Part shown: piece by piece, positions 1-10,517 of the stretch
How the letters are laid out: each line of letters begins with the position of its first letter
How positions within the stretch are numbered: position 1 is the first letter of the stretch
Origin: Alistipes sp.
GTDB lineage: Bacteria; Bacteroidota; Bacteroidia; Bacteroidales; Rikenellaceae
Length of the DNA: 40,582 bases
Direction of reading: 5' to 3'
Assembly (NCBI GenBank): GCA_017630245.1
Contig: JAGBVQ010000151.1
Span: forward strand, 1 to 40,582
Notes under the pieces: model-generated
What the model was told of the DNA's origin: nothing
What the model saw: the letters and a program-made list of their open reading frames with translations, nothing else
Database searches by the model: none
Translations under genes and position numbers: made by a program

Positions 1-507
1 GGTGTAGTTCGATAGGAAATTGACCGAGAGTGGCGCTAACATAAAGTAACCGAAGGTTACTCCCGTAAAGAAGCAGAGTGAAACCTGCAGAACGAAGAAT
101 CTGCCACGTCGCTGCTCACTTGCGGTGAGTGCCGGTCGTATGAATCCCCACAACTCCCACAAAAGATAGGGTATAACAAGCAGCAGAGCTGTATGGAATG
201 CGATTGAGAGGTGCAGGTTGAATTGACCTGCCATTGCGGTGTTGATCAACTGCACGGGGTTAGAGTTGATGCGCAATACCTCCGACGAGAGCTCCTCGGC
301 CAGCCACGCAAAGAGTCGGTTCGTGGGGAACCACTCCGACATCGGGCCGGTGATGACCTCCATCAACTTGCCACCGAAAATGAAGGCGATGACCATAAAG
401 GAGAACAACGCCACGGCCGAGCGCATAATGCGGGGTCGTAGCGCGTCGAGATGCTCCCAAAAGGACATATCGACCTCTTCGGGCTCACTTACCTTGAAGA
501 GTGCCAT
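1..507 (-). CDS. tatC: Twin-arginine translocase TatC (5' part; runs off the window edge)
   Basis: Absent from the ORF track. Hand translation from the ATG at 507: MALFKVSEPEEVDMSFWEHLDALRPRIMRS...PYLLWELWGFIRPALT...FGYFMLAP. The MSFWEHL and W-x-F-I-x-P-A-L motifs are TatC hallmarks; lies directly downstream of tatA. Confidence 0.95.
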   Translation of the reverse strand, partial: MALFKVSEPEEVDMSFWEHLDALRPRIMRSAVALFSFMVIAFIFGGKLMEVITGPMSEWFPTNRLFAWLAEELSSEVLRINSNPVQLINTAMAGQFNLHLSIAFHTALLLVIPYLLWELWGFIRPALTASEQRRGRFFVLQVSLCFFTGVTFGYFMLAPLSVNFLSNYT

Positions 508-541
508 CGCAGATTAAGGGTTATGTTTGTCGGATTTTCGA

Positions 542-739
542 CTACTGCTTTGGTGCGGGTCTATCGCTCTTATTCTCGGTGGGGTCTACATCCTCCGAGC
601 TGTAATCCTTCGATACAGCATCCTTGAACTCCTTAACACCGCGACCCATTCCGCGCATCAACTCAGGTATCTTCTTAGCTCCAAAGAGCAACACGATAAT
701 TCCCACGATAATGAGAATCTCACTCATTCCAAATCTCAT
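542..739 (-). CDS. tatA: Twin-arginine translocase TatA/TatE subunit
   Basis: GMSEILII...LLFGAKKIPELMRGMGRGVKEFK: TM helix, FG hinge and amphipathic helix. Confidence 0.95.
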   Translation of the reverse strand: MRFGMSEILIIVGIIVLLFGAKKIPELMRGMGRGVKEFKDAVSKDYSSEDVDPTENKSDRPAPKQ

Positions 740-769
740 AATATTCCGATATTATTAGGTTATATAGCA

Positions 770-777
770 CAAATATA
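770..777 (-). promoter_or_regulatory. Putative Bacteroidetes -7 promoter element for tatAC
   Basis: Minus strand TATATTTG matches TAnnTTTG, about 30 nt upstream of the tatA start; no clear -33 TTTG. Confidence 0.55.
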
Positions 778-840
778 ATAATATATTGCGTAAAAATGCG
801 CATTATACCCGAAAATAATAACATATTCTATCCTTCAAAG

Positions 841-875
841 AGCAAAGGGCCGTCCTTTCGGACAGCCCTTTTGCT
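841..875 (-). terminator. Rho-independent terminator after the cyclophilin gene
   Basis: Minus strand GGGCTGTCC-GAAA-GGACGGCCC stem-loop followed by TTTGCTCTTTG. Confidence 0.8.
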
Positions 876-889
876 GAATTTGCGAAGCT

Positions 890-1339
890 TTACTCCTCGA
901 CGATTTTGATCGAGAGGATCAGATCGCCGCGGCGGATATCATCAATCACATCCAGACCCTCGACAACCTGACCAAAGCAGGTGTGTACGCCATCGAGGTG
1001 CTGGGTATTCTGGCGGTTGTGGCAGATGAAGAACTGCGAACCACCCGTATCCTTGCCGGCGTGAGCCATCGAGAGTACGCCACGATCGTGGTATTGGCGC
1101 GGAGCCGAGGTCTCGCACTTGATGCGGTAACCCGGGCCTCCTGTACCGTCACCACGAGGGCATCCACCCTGGATAACGAAGTCGGGAATCACGCGGTGGA
1201 AGGTCAATCCATCGTAGAATCCGTGCTGCGAAAGCTCCACGAAGTTGTCTACCGTACCCGGAGTCTCCTCGGCATAGAGCTCTACCTTCATATCGCCCTT
1301 CTCGGTCGAGATGAGAGCGTATAGTTTTTTATCCGACAT
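890..1339 (-). CDS. ppiA: Cyclophilin-type peptidyl-prolyl cis-trans isomerase
   Basis: [36 protein letters not shown] and [10 protein letters not shown] motifs. Start placed at MSDKK (1339) to avoid overlap with the upstream gene. Confidence 0.93.
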   Translation of the reverse strand: MSDKKLYALISTEKGDMKVELYAEETPGTVDNFVELSQHGFYDGLTFHRVIPDFVIQGGCPRGDGTGGPGYRIKCETSAPRQYHDRGVLSMAHAGKDTGGSQFFICHNRQNTQHLDGVHTCFGQVVEGLDVIDDIRRGDLILSIKIVEE

Positions 1340-1359
1340 AGTCTTAATCTCTCTAAAAA

Positions 1360-3819
1360 TTATCTCCAAATAAAGTCGACGATTACGGGGAGGTGGTCCG
1401 AAGACTGGCTCCAGAAGTTCGAGATGCCGGTGCGCTTACCTGTGGTGAAGCCTACCTGCGGGCTCTTAGCCTTAATCATCGAGTTGAGCATAGGCTCGCT
1501 ACCATACATAAGGTCGATACGGCCACCACCCTGGGTCGACCAAACCATAATATCGCGCTTGTCGGGGCAGTTGTAAACCTTAACAAGGTCGGTTACCTGC
1601 TTCACGTTCTCGAGCATATACTTCTGGCCCCAGTAACGAGGATTCTCATAACCGAAGTTGTAGTCACGGTCATCGAGCGGAGTCGAGCAGTTCATATCAC
1701 CGGTGATGATCCAATACTTCTCATCTGCAAACTGCGGATTGAGGATCGAACGCTCCATAAATGCCTGGAACTCATCCTTACGGGTCTTGTGACCACCGTG
1801 GTTGCGGATGCTCTCTGCAGCCTCGGGAGTACCACGCTTCATACCCATCTCAAATGCCTGCGGCCAAGTGTGGAAACCTACGAGGTTAACCACCTTGCCA
1901 TCAACCTCTACCTGCGAGTGGATACCTCCGTGCGAAATGCCCTTGCCGCCCAGACGCTGAGTAAACTTGATGGGGTACTTCGAGGTGATAACTACGGGGT
2001 AGTTGTCCTGGTGAGCACCTACAGCAACGTAGGGGTGACCGAAGCGAGCTGCAAGCTCAATCCAACCGGTCGGCACAAGGTGCTCGGTCTTGCCGCGCTC
2101 ATACGACTGACCCTTGTAGGGGAGGTAGCGCTTCTCGTTCACCTGCTTGTCGCCAGTGTGGTCGATATAGATAGTCGATGCCTCGCAGAATACAGCGATG
2201 TCGATATCCTGCTCGTTCATCCACTTCACGAAGTTGTCGTAGTTGTTGTGCTGGTCGGCCCACATACCGTTCTGGATATTGTAATCCATAATGCGCAGGA
2301 TGCGCTCGCGGGGAACGCTCGAGAGCAACTTAACCTCGATGTCGTCGATGTAGAAACCATTGACATCCTTAGGCAGCGGAGATGCCGAAGTCCACGAAAA
2401 TGCAGTCTCGGCAGTAGCACCGCTAATCACGAACTTAACATCAGACCAATACTTCTTTTCGTCGTCGTTGTACGACATACGAACAGCCGTGTTAAGGATC
2501 GTTACACGCTCGATATTACTATTGATGAAGGGGTAGTTATCGCGATCGAGTGTGCGGCGAACACCATCAATCCACATCTCTTTGATAACACCTGCATTGT
2601 GAGCAGTGAACTGCAGGGGCGAAGTTGCGCGAGCCTGAGGAGAGAACTTGAACGAAACCTCAATCTCGGCAATACCATTGATATCCTTCATTGCAGGAGT
2701 TCTAACGATACCGCGATTGTCGTTGTGTACGCCTACGCCGAGAAATCCCTGATACTCCTGTGCGCGGAACATCATCTTCCAATCGGCGATGTTACGGTTG
2801 CTCAGATACTCTGCGCTCATTGTACCCTCCTCTTTGAGAGACTGCTTGTAGCCGGTCTGGAGGTAGTTTGTACCTGCAACCTCGTGAGTTACCAAGTAGA
2901 TGGGGCGCTCCGTACCGGTCGAGGTGTTGCTGATCTGCTTTTTGCCTGCCACGGGGCTGTAGCCCTTAGCGTTCTTGCCACCCATACGGTTACCTCCATA
3001 TACGAAGTTGTCGAACTTCTCCGAGAAGAGCTGATCTGCTGCGGGCTTATATGCAATCACATCGATGTCTGCAACGGCATTAACCTTAACCTCGAAAGGC
3101 TTGGTGTCAATGGTCATTGTGTGGTGCGAACGGTCGGTGATGGTCACCTTCAGACCCTTGCTATAGTTGCCTGCGGGGAGAACCATATAGAACTCCTTGC
3201 CCTCAGCTGTAAGAGCTACACCCTGGCCATTGTTGCTACAATCGAGCGTGGTGAAGTAGACACCTGCTGCTGTTGCGGGGCGCTGAATAAGGGCTCCGAG
3301 GTTATCGTCCCAGTTGAAATAACCAGAGAGGTAGATACCTTTGTTATCCTCAACCTTGATACAGTTTACTGCTGCATCACCCGAAACCTTCAGGCGGAGA
3401 AGACCACACATCGGCTTAAAGGTGAGTACGTTGTTTGTTGCCTGAACGGCACGCATAGGCATATAGATACGGTCGAACGAGCCCTCCTTGTAGAGCTGAA
3501 CGGGCATCAAGCGGAAGTTGCTGTGCTTACCCTTGTCGAGGCTCGAGCAATCAGCGGGATATGCGCCACGATAGTCGGCTTTCGAATTTGCATCAACAGT
3601 AACAGAAGCCTTGCCCTTCTTGTTTACCTTGAGGGCGTATTTCTGGCCATTAACGGTAATCTCATCACCGTTCTTGAATGTTGTAATTTCGGGATTGATT
3701 GCCGTGAGTGAAGCGTCTGCCTCGGCAGTCACCTTCAGTGCAGCAATTTGAGTTTGCTGGGCAGTGGTAGTTGTAACTGCCAGAGCAAGAGTTGCAATTG
3801 CTAAAAATATCTTTTTCAT
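1360..3819 (-). CDS. Secreted multidomain protein: fimbrillin-like and beta-sandwich N-terminal module plus C-terminal endonuclease/exonuclease/phosphatase (EEP) domain
   Basis: Signal peptide without lipobox Cys; EEP motifs [31 protein letters not shown]; N-terminal ~500 aa aligns by eye with 19401..22850. Confidence 0.85.
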   Translation of the reverse strand: MKKIFLAIATLALAVTTTTAQQTQIAALKVTAEADASLTAINPEITTFKNGDEITVNGQKYALKVNKKGKASVTVDANSKADYRGAYPADCSSLDKGKHSNFRLMPVQLYKEGSFDRIYMPMRAVQATNNVLTFKPMCGLLRLKVSGDAAVNCIKVEDNKGIYLSGYFNWDDNLGALIQRPATAAGVYFTTLDCSNNGQGVALTAEGKEFYMVLPAGNYSKGLKVTITDRSHHTMTIDTKPFEVKVNAVADIDVIAYKPAADQLFSEKFDNFVYGGNRMGGKNAKGYSPVAGKKQISNTSTGTERPIYLVTHEVAGTNYLQTGYKQSLKEEGTMSAEYLSNRNIADWKMMFRAQEYQGFLGVGVHNDNRGIVRTPAMKDINGIAEIEVSFKFSPQARATSPLQFTAHNAGVIKEMWIDGVRRTLDRDNYPFINSNIERVTILNTAVRMSYNDDEKKYWSDVKFVISGATAETAFSWTSASPLPKDVNGFYIDDIEVKLLSSVPRERILRIMDYNIQNGMWADQHNNYDNFVKWMNEQDIDIAVFCEASTIYIDHTGDKQVNEKRYLPYKGQSYERGKTEHLVPTGWIELAARFGHPYVAVGAHQDNYPVVITSKYPIKFTQRLGGKGISHGGIHSQVEVDGKVVNLVGFHTWPQAFEMGMKRGTPEAAESIRNHGGHKTRKDEFQAFMERSILNPQFADEKYWIITGDMNCSTPLDDRDYNFGYENPRYWGQKYMLENVKQVTDLVKVYNCPDKRDIMVWSTQGGGRIDLMYGSEPMLNSMIKAKSPQVGFTTGKRTGISNFWSQSSDHLPVIVDFIWR

Positions 3820-3846
3820 ATCGTTCTATTTATTTCGGGTTAGAGA

Positions 3847-5391
3847 TTACTTCCACTTGAAATCTACGATTACGGGGAGGTGATCCGACGACTTGTCATA
3901 AAACTTCATCTTCGCGTTGTAGGGTGCACCTGTGAACTCATCCTTCGGGATCTCGGCATGAATTACGCGGCTCATCATCTCGTCGCTACCATACATAATG
4001 TCGATACGAGCCTGCTTCTGAGTCGAACTCATCAGCACGTCACGCTGGTCGGGCGAGTTGTAAGTCTTGGTGATATCTTTGCAGCCCGAGTGGTCGAGAA
4101 CGTAGTTGTTGCTACCATAGCGGGGGCTCTTGGGACCATAACCGAGGAATGCATCGTCGAGCGACGAACGGCAGTTGGTGTCGCCGGTGATGATCCAGAG
4201 CTTCTGGTCTGCATACTTCGGATTGTTTACGGTATTCTCGATAAAGAACTCGGTCTCGTAGGTGCGGTAGTAGTGACCGCCGAGCTCAGCTGTGCTCTCG
4301 GCCTCGATAGCCTTACCCTTGCCGCGAGTCTCGCGCGACATACCGAAGGGCCAAGTGTGATAACCTACGATGTTGATAGTCTCGCCATTAACTGTTACCT
4401 GTGCGTGGATACCACCGTGCCAGATCTCGTGCGGATTCTTATCACCGAGCTTCTGAACGAGAGTTACGGGGTACTTCGATGTTACAGTTACGGGGTGGTT
4501 GTCGATGTGAGCACCAATCTTTGCGTAGGTGTGACCCCAACGTGTACCAAGCTCAATCCAGCCTTTAGGCTCGAAGTAGGGCTCGGTGCCACGCTCCCAG
4601 CTATGGCCCTTACCATAGGGGAGGTAGCGCTCGGTAACGTCGCACTTCTCGTGGGTATCGGTCTTGTAGATGGTCTGCGACTCACAGAAGATACAGATAT
4701 CGGGATCCTGCTCCTGCATCCACTTAACGAAGTTGTCGTAGTTGTTTGCCTCATCGCCCCAGATACCGTTCTGAACGTTGTAGGTCATAATGCGGAGGGT
4801 ATTCTCGCGAGTAACGGTCGAGATAACCTTCATCTCGATATTGCTGATGCAGAAACCGTGCTTAGTCTTGTCTGACTCGGGGTTTGCAGCCCAACCAAAC
4901 GAACTCTTGGGGGTTACGCCACTTACGACCATTCGAACATTGTTCCAGGTTGTCATATCCTCGATTTTGCCCGAGTAGCGGAGGACCTCATTGTCGACAA
5001 TCAGTCTCACCTTCTCGACCATCGAATCCTCATAGGGGTAGACATCCTTGTTGAGTGAGCGCTTGATGCCGTTGATCCACAGCTCCTTAACCACGCCTGC
5101 GTCGAATGCCTGGAACTCTACAAACGAGTGCCACTTATCCTTAGGGATGATGGTGAACGAAATCTCCACCTCGTTGGTACCCTCAAGCATCGAGAGAGCC
5201 TGAGTCTTAACTCCGCGGTGAAGCTGAGTTTGAGCTGCACCTGTAGACCAGGTAACTACGCCATCTTTAGCGGCAGTGATAGTCGCTTCAACGCTGCCGA
5301 GTTCGGGCTTTGCAGCCGCCTCTTGAGCGTTAGCTGTGCTTGCGAGGCCGATGGTGGCAACTGCAAGCAGTGACATAAATAGTTTTTTCAT
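3847..5391 (-). CDS. Secreted EEP-family phosphoesterase (paralog 2)
   Basis: Signal peptide ending ANA-Q; [32 protein letters not shown]. Confidence 0.88.
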   Translation of the reverse strand: MKKLFMSLLAVATIGLASTANAQEAAAKPELGSVEATITAAKDGVVTWSTGAAQTQLHRGVKTQALSMLEGTNEVEISFTIIPKDKWHSFVEFQAFDAGVVKELWINGIKRSLNKDVYPYEDSMVEKVRLIVDNEVLRYSGKIEDMTTWNNVRMVVSGVTPKSSFGWAANPESDKTKHGFCISNIEMKVISTVTRENTLRIMTYNVQNGIWGDEANNYDNFVKWMQEQDPDICIFCESQTIYKTDTHEKCDVTERYLPYGKGHSWERGTEPYFEPKGWIELGTRWGHTYAKIGAHIDNHPVTVTSKYPVTLVQKLGDKNPHEIWHGGIHAQVTVNGETINIVGYHTWPFGMSRETRGKGKAIEAESTAELGGHYYRTYETEFFIENTVNNPKYADQKLWIITGDTNCRSSLDDAFLGYGPKSPRYGSNNYVLDHSGCKDITKTYNSPDQRDVLMSSTQKQARIDIMYGSDEMMSRVIHAEIPKDEFTGAPYNAKMKFYDKSSDHLPVIVDFKWK

Positions 5392-5415
5392 CTTAATTAG
5401 GTTTTATGGTTTATT

Positions 5416-6813
5416 TTATTTGAGTCTGAAATCAACGATTACGGGCAGGTGGTCCGACGATCGCTTATGGTGACGCAGTCCCGGCTCCTTGATTGAGGTG
5501 GTAAATTCATCCTTCGGAGTCTCGACCTTTACCACGCGCTCCATCATCGAGGGCGATGCGTAGATTATGTCGATACGGCGCTCCCACTGAATCGAGGGGA
5601 TCATCACATCTCGCTGCTGTGGACAGCAGTAGCGCTTTACGATATCGATGCAGGGGGTATTCTCGAGGATGTAGGTGTGACCCCAATAGAGCGGCGAGTC
5701 GGCTCCGTGCCCGAAGAAGCGGTCATCGAGGGGCGAAAGACAGTTCGTATCACCCATAATGAGCCAATTCTTCTGCTTGCGGAATTTCTTGTTGAGGATC
5801 GTACGCTCCATAAAGATCTGCATCTCTTCGGTACGCATCTTCTCTCCGTCGTAGCGGCGCTGGCTCTCCTTTTGCTCCTTTATGCGGTCGGTCTTGACCA
5901 ATTCGCGGCTATAGGCGTAGGGGAAGGTGTGGAAACCTACCAGATCGATCTTCTCGCCATTAACCTCCACTCGGGCGTGAACACCTCCGTGCGAAAGTTC
6001 CTCGCCACCGAGTGCCTGAACAAGCGTGAGCGGATAGCGCGAGGTAACGACTACAGGGTGGTTATCCTGATGTGCTCCGATAACCCAGTATTTGTGACCC
6101 CAACGAGCTGCAAACTCACCCCAATGTGCGGGCAGGTAGCGCTCCGGAATAGGTTCGGGCAGACGCTGGTCGATGCCGGTGACGTAGTTCGACTGCGCCT
6201 CGCAGAAGATTACAACGTCAGTGTCGGCACGGCGCATCCACTCCACAAAGTTGTCGTAGTTATTGCCCTGATCAGCCCACATTCCGTTCTGGATATTGTA
6301 ATCCATCACACGCAGATATTGGCTGCGGTCGAGGTGCTCAATGCTCTTTACCTCGATATTGCGGATGTGAAACTTCTTAAGCTCCTTGGTTGCATAGTGG
6401 GGTGTGCTCCAAGTGATTACGCTCTTCTCGGTTGCTCCGCTGATAACGATGCGGGCCTTGTGCCACCAATCGCCCTCATTCGGAACTGCTGCTCCATTCT
6501 CGATCCACAGACGCTCCACGAGCGAATCCTCGTAGGGGTAGTTGCGGTCATTGAGCGCACGCTCCACGCCGTCAATCGATAACTCGCGGATAACGCCTGC
6601 GTCGGTGATCTCGAAGAGCATATTTGTCTTTGCCGGTCGGCGATACTCGAATGTTACCTCGATATCCGAAATACCGGCTGCTATGCCGCACTGATTGATC
6701 GGCATAGAGTGCTTGCTCTCGACAACGAGCGATGTTGCCGAAGAGCTTGCAATGCCGCTGCCGGTCAATAGCGAAAGAATCGCGGTTAAAACTGCAATAT
6801 ACTTTGCTCTCAT
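5416..6813 (-). CDS. Secreted EEP-family phosphoesterase (paralog 3)
   Basis: Hydrophobic N-terminus; [32 protein letters not shown]. Confidence 0.88.
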   Translation of the reverse strand: MRAKYIAVLTAILSLLTGSGIASSSATSLVVESKHSMPINQCGIAAGISDIEVTFEYRRPAKTNMLFEITDAGVIRELSIDGVERALNDRNYPYEDSLVERLWIENGAAVPNEGDWWHKARIVISGATEKSVITWSTPHYATKELKKFHIRNIEVKSIEHLDRSQYLRVMDYNIQNGMWADQGNNYDNFVEWMRRADTDVVIFCEAQSNYVTGIDQRLPEPIPERYLPAHWGEFAARWGHKYWVIGAHQDNHPVVVTSRYPLTLVQALGGEELSHGGVHARVEVNGEKIDLVGFHTFPYAYSRELVKTDRIKEQKESQRRYDGEKMRTEEMQIFMERTILNKKFRKQKNWLIMGDTNCLSPLDDRFFGHGADSPLYWGHTYILENTPCIDIVKRYCCPQQRDVMIPSIQWERRIDIIYASPSMMERVVKVETPKDEFTTSIKEPGLRHHKRSSDHLPVIVDFRLK

Positions 6814-6831
6814 TGTGATAGATTGTGTTAA

Positions 6832-7764
6832 TTAGTCGTGCAATCCCTTGCTGCGCAAGTAGTTGATAAGCAATGCGGGACGGTCTGTCTGAATCAGCGT
6901 TGCGCCGTGTTTAACCATATAGCCGTATGCCTTCTCTACATTCTCGGCACTCTCGGCAGCGAAATCATCATCCAAACCACCGCAGAGCGATGCCCAAAGG
7001 GTATTAACCCAAACCTTTGACTTAGCCTTTACGATATTCTTGGCAGCCGCCTCGAATTTGTCGGCATAACCCGGCTTCCAGCAGAGCTCGTATGCGATGC
7101 AGGGGAACGAGTTGAGGTGAGCCTGCAAATACTCCATCTTGCCCTCCTTATGGAGATCAACGATAGGCATATACATCATATTCTTCTTGTAGCTTGCCAA
7201 CTTTGCCTGAACGACTGCCGGCTCCTCCTTACCCTTGATAAGCACCTGGTCGTGCATATTGTGCTTGTCGAGCAGAGCCATAACCTCATCGTAGAAGTGG
7301 TAACCGTGGTCTACGTTGATTACTGCGCGATCCTTGCATACGATCAGAGCCTCCTCCAAAGTAGGAACCTTGTAGCGAGTCTTTACGCCCTGACCTGCTC
7401 GCAATACCATATCCTTCATCTCGGCCAAAGTGTAGTCGCTAACCAGACCCTTGCGGTTGGTGGTGCGGTCAACCTTCTTGTCGTGCATCAGGATAAGGTG
7501 ACCATCTTTGGTCATCTTGATATCGAGCTCGATGATATCAACACCCATCTGAATTGCACTCTCGATAGCCTCCAACGAGTTCTCGGGGAAGTTGCGCCAA
7601 TCGGCACGGTGAGCAGCCACCAACACATAGTTCGAAGAGGGATTGTGCAACTCTGCATAAATTTTCTGTGCGCGAGTGAGGCTTTCAGCCTTCTTTGCGG
7701 GTTTTGCTGCGATGCAGCTCAAGGATGTTGCTACGAGGGCAACCATCAAAAGAAATCTTTTCAT
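6832..7764 (-). CDS. Exported glycerophosphodiester phosphodiesterase (GDPD/GlpQ family)
   Basis: AAHRA, PENS, ELD, LMHD, DRTT and IQTDRP motifs. Start placed at MKRFLLMV (7764), which begins a signal peptide and lies downstream of the predicted promoter. Confidence 0.92.
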   Translation of the reverse strand: MKRFLLMVALVATSLSCIAAKPAKKAESLTRAQKIYAELHNPSSNYVLVAAHRADWRNFPENSLEAIESAIQMGVDIIELDIKMTKDGHLILMHDKKVDRTTNRKGLVSDYTLAEMKDMVLRAGQGVKTRYKVPTLEEALIVCKDRAVINVDHGYHFYDEVMALLDKHNMHDQVLIKGKEEPAVVQAKLASYKKNMMYMPIVDLHKEGKMEYLQAHLNSFPCIAYELCWKPGYADKFEAAAKNIVKAKSKVWVNTLWASLCGGLDDDFAAESAENVEKAYGYMVKHGATLIQTDRPALLINYLRSKGLHD

Positions 7765-7858
7765 TTTGTTTGATATTTTAGGTTTTACATTTGTTGTTTC
7801 TCGGTTCCTGTTGGGACTGAAAATGGTGGCCTTAATGCAGACCCCTTGCAATTTATTG

Positions 7859-7866
7859 CAAATATA
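7859..7866 (-). promoter_or_regulatory. Putative -7 promoter element for the GDPD-EEP cassette
   Basis: Minus strand TATATTTG (TAnnTTTG) immediately after the rpoD terminator U-tract. Confidence 0.6.
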
Positions 7867-7868
7867 AC

Positions 7869-7909
7869 AAAAAAAAGAGCATCCGCCTAAAAAAACGGAC
7901 ACTCTTTTT
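7869..7909 (-). terminator. Rho-independent terminator of rpoD
   Basis: Minus strand GAGTGTCCG-loop-CGGATGCTC followed by a run of T, about 20 nt after the rpoD stop. Confidence 0.8.
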
Positions 7910-7928
7910 GTGATATTTTCTTGAAATT

Positions 7929-8789
7929 TTAGCCCAGGTACGATTTGAGCAACTTGCTACGCGATGAGTGGCGCAGACGGCGGATAGCCTTCTCCTTAAT
8001 CTGGCGGACACGCTCACGGGTCAGGTCGAACTTCTCGCCAATCTCCTCAAGAGTCATCTCCGAGCAACCGATGCCGAAGAAATACTTGATAATATCACGT
8101 TCACGCTCGGTGAGGGTCTCCAATGCACGGTCAACCTCCGTAGCGAGTGATTCGTTGATAAGGCCACGGTCAGCATTGGGCGAATCGTGGTTTACCAACA
8201 CGTCCAAGAGCGAGTTGTCCTCGCCATCCGCAAAGGGCGCATCCACCGAGATATGGCGACCTGCAACACGCAGAGTGTCAGTAACCTTCTCCTTCGGCAA
8301 CTCCAGCTCGGTAGCCAACTCCTCGGGCGAAGGGGTGCGCTCGTGCTCCTGCTCGAAACGAGCAAAGGCCTTGTTGATTTTATTGAGCGAGCCAACCTGA
8401 TTGAGCGGCAGACGAACGATACGCGACTGCTCGGCCAAAGCCTGCAAAATCGACTGGCGAATCCACCATACAGCGTACGAGATGAACTTAAAACCACGGG
8501 TCTCATCGAACTTCTCAGCAGCCTTAATCAGACCGAGGTTACCCTCGTTGATAAGGTCGGGAAGGCTCAAACCCTGATTTTGGTACTGCTTTGCCACCGA
8601 GACTACGAAACGCAGGTTGGCTTTGGTCAACTTCTCGAGAGCCTCCTGGTCGCCCTTCTTGATTCGCTGGGCGAGTTCTACCTCCTCCTCTACGGTGATA
8701 AGTTCCTCCTTACCAATCTCTTGCAGATACTTGTCGAGAGATGCACTCTCACGATTGGTAATCGATTTTGTAATCTTTAATTGACGCAT
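7929..8789 (-). CDS. rpoD: Primary sigma-70 factor, short Bacteroidetes type lacking region 1.1
   Basis: [63 protein letters not shown]; 286 aa. Confidence 0.97.
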   Translation of the reverse strand: MRQLKITKSITNRESASLDKYLQEIGKEELITVEEEVELAQRIKKGDQEALEKLTKANLRFVVSVAKQYQNQGLSLPDLINEGNLGLIKAAEKFDETRGFKFISYAVWWIRQSILQALAEQSRIVRLPLNQVGSLNKINKAFARFEQEHERTPSPEELATELELPKEKVTDTLRVAGRHISVDAPFADGEDNSLLDVLVNHDSPNADRGLINESLATEVDRALETLTERERDIIKYFFGIGCSEMTLEEIGEKFDLTRERVRQIKEKAIRRLRHSSRSKLLKSYLG

Positions 8790-8875
8790 AGTTTCTTATA
8801 TCTTCTTCTAAAAAAAATGACTGCTGCAAAGCGTGTTGCTTCGTAACAGCCATTAACATTAAATTCGGGTGACGA

Positions 8876-10372
8876 TTACTCCACAATCATATAACTTGCG
8901 GCGCGGCCGTCGGGATATACTCCGTCAATCGACTGGATCTTATCCGTTAGACGATTCAGGTCGGCAACCTCATATACGGGGTTTTCGTTGATGTGTGTAA
9001 TCACAAAGCCACTCTTGACTCTTGCTCTTGCCAGCAGACCGCCCTCCTTGAGCCCTGCCACCTGAACACCACCCTTGATGCCTAACTGACGGCACAACTT
9101 GGCGCTCGCATCGACGAATTTGCCTCCCAAAACCTCCACTACATCAACGCTTTCGCGTGTCAGTAACTCAGGCTTACCGGCCTTATTACGCAAAAGAACG
9201 TCAAAATGTTTCACATCATTGCCTCTTTTTACCGATATTTTTACCGTATCGTTGGGGCGGTGCTTGGCAATCTGCTCGGTGATGGTGGTTGTATGGTCAA
9301 TTTTTACGCCGTCAATAGCGATGATTATATCACCCTTGCGGATACCCGCCTCTGCAGCTGCTCCATCCTCTCCCACAGAAGCAACGTATGCTCCGCCAAT
9401 CTCGCTGATGCCCAACTCTTTGCCCATCTCATCGATGAAACGCTGGTCGATAGGTCGATACGAAATTCCGAGCAGTGCTCGCTGCACTACGCCATACTCC
9501 TTCAGATCGACTACTACCTTGCGGACAATGGTCTCGGGCACAGCAAACGAGTAGCCGATATAGCTTCCTGTCGATGACTTGATTACGGTGTTGATGCCGA
9601 CCAACTCTCCGCGGGTGTTGACCAATGCTCCGCCCGAGTTGCCGGGGTTTACCGCAGCGTCGGTCTGGATAAACGACTCGATGCGGAATTCGTTGGGGAT
9701 TACATCTAAGCGACGAGCCTTGGCGCTGACGATACCTGCCGTGATGGTAGATTGCAGATCGAAGGGTGAGCCGATTGCCAGCACCCACTCGCCAAGTCGC
9801 AGCGAATCCGAGCTTCCGAAGGGAATGGTCGGAAGCGCACTCGCCTCGATCTTGATAAGAGCGATGTCGGTGGTGGGGTCGGTGCCGATGATCTTTGCAT
9901 CGAATACACGCTCATCGTAGAGTTTGACACGCAACTTGGTTGCATTCTCGATAACGTGGTTGTTGGTTACGATGTAGCCATCCTCCGAGATGAGGACTCC
10001 CGAACCTCCGGCCTTGCGCTCCTGTACCTGCGGACGTCCATCATATTGAGGCTGAGGGAATCCGAAGAACTCGAGGAAGGGATCGTATCCACGCTGGCGC
10101 ATCGTCACCTCCTGTATCGCCTCGATATTTACAACGGCCTTAACGGCATTCTCGGCTGCGTAGGTCAGGTCGGGATATTGCTCTGTCTGGAATGCGGTGA
10201 AGTGTGCGTCGAGAGATGCCTCTGCGGGTGCCTCACTGCCATAATTTACCGAATCTATAATCTCTGTTGGGTGGTTGCCCTCATTCATTGATGCAACACC
10301 CCAAGCCGCAGCGCCTCCCGCAAGTGCCGAGATCGCTACGATTCCTAAAAACGAAAAAGCTCTCTTTAACAT
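8876..10372 (-). CDS. degP: HtrA/DegP (Do) family serine protease with two PDZ domains
   Basis: GSGV...TNNHV, DIAL, IQTDAAVNPGNSGG catalytic triad motifs; C-terminal PDZ-like regions. Confidence 0.93.
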   Translation of the reverse strand: MLKRAFSFLGIVAISALAGGAAAWGVASMNEGNHPTEIIDSVNYGSEAPAEASLDAHFTAFQTEQYPDLTYAAENAVKAVVNIEAIQEVTMRQRGYDPFLEFFGFPQPQYDGRPQVQERKAGGSGVLISEDGYIVTNNHVIENATKLRVKLYDERVFDAKIIGTDPTTDIALIKIEASALPTIPFGSSDSLRLGEWVLAIGSPFDLQSTITAGIVSAKARRLDVIPNEFRIESFIQTDAAVNPGNSGGALVNTRGELVGINTVIKSSTGSYIGYSFAVPETIVRKVVVDLKEYGVVQRALLGISYRPIDQRFIDEMGKELGISEIGGAYVASVGEDGAAAEAGIRKGDIIIAIDGVKIDHTTTITEQIAKHRPNDTVKISVKRGNDVKHFDVLLRNKAGKPELLTRESVDVVEVLGGKFVDASAKLCRQLGIKGGVQVAGLKEGGLLARARVKSGFVITHINENPVYEVADLNRLTDKIQSIDGVYPDGRAASYMIVE

Positions 10373-10517
10373 AATTTTACTTTAAATAAAGGTTTATAAG
10401 AGGCGATTTATATCATAGGCAATTTTTGTGTTTTCCTGGTTTTCTCGTATGATAAACGTGGCCGATGGTCGGATATTGTGTATACGACCTGAATAAATGT
10501 TCTAAAGGTGAAAAACC

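Noticed and set aside
211-778. Short ORF-track entries at 211..441, 239..517, 260..460 and 527..778
   Set aside because: Overlap tatC/tatA in other frames or on the other strand.
1393-3711. 772-aa plus-strand ORF and other long antisense ORFs (e.g. 13592..14851, 17828..19738, 22917..24455, 32075..33808)
   Set aside because: Antisense shadows of well-supported genes; no motifs or signal peptides; explained by codon bias.
7765-7902. 46-aa N-terminal extension of the GDPD ORF
   Set aside because: Spans the rpoD terminator and the predicted promoter; the signal peptide starts at 7764.
10440-10490. Imperfect palindrome and possible ECF-type promoter upstream of degP
   Set aside because: Only a 5-bp core stem and a poor -35 match; cannot be supported from sequence alone.
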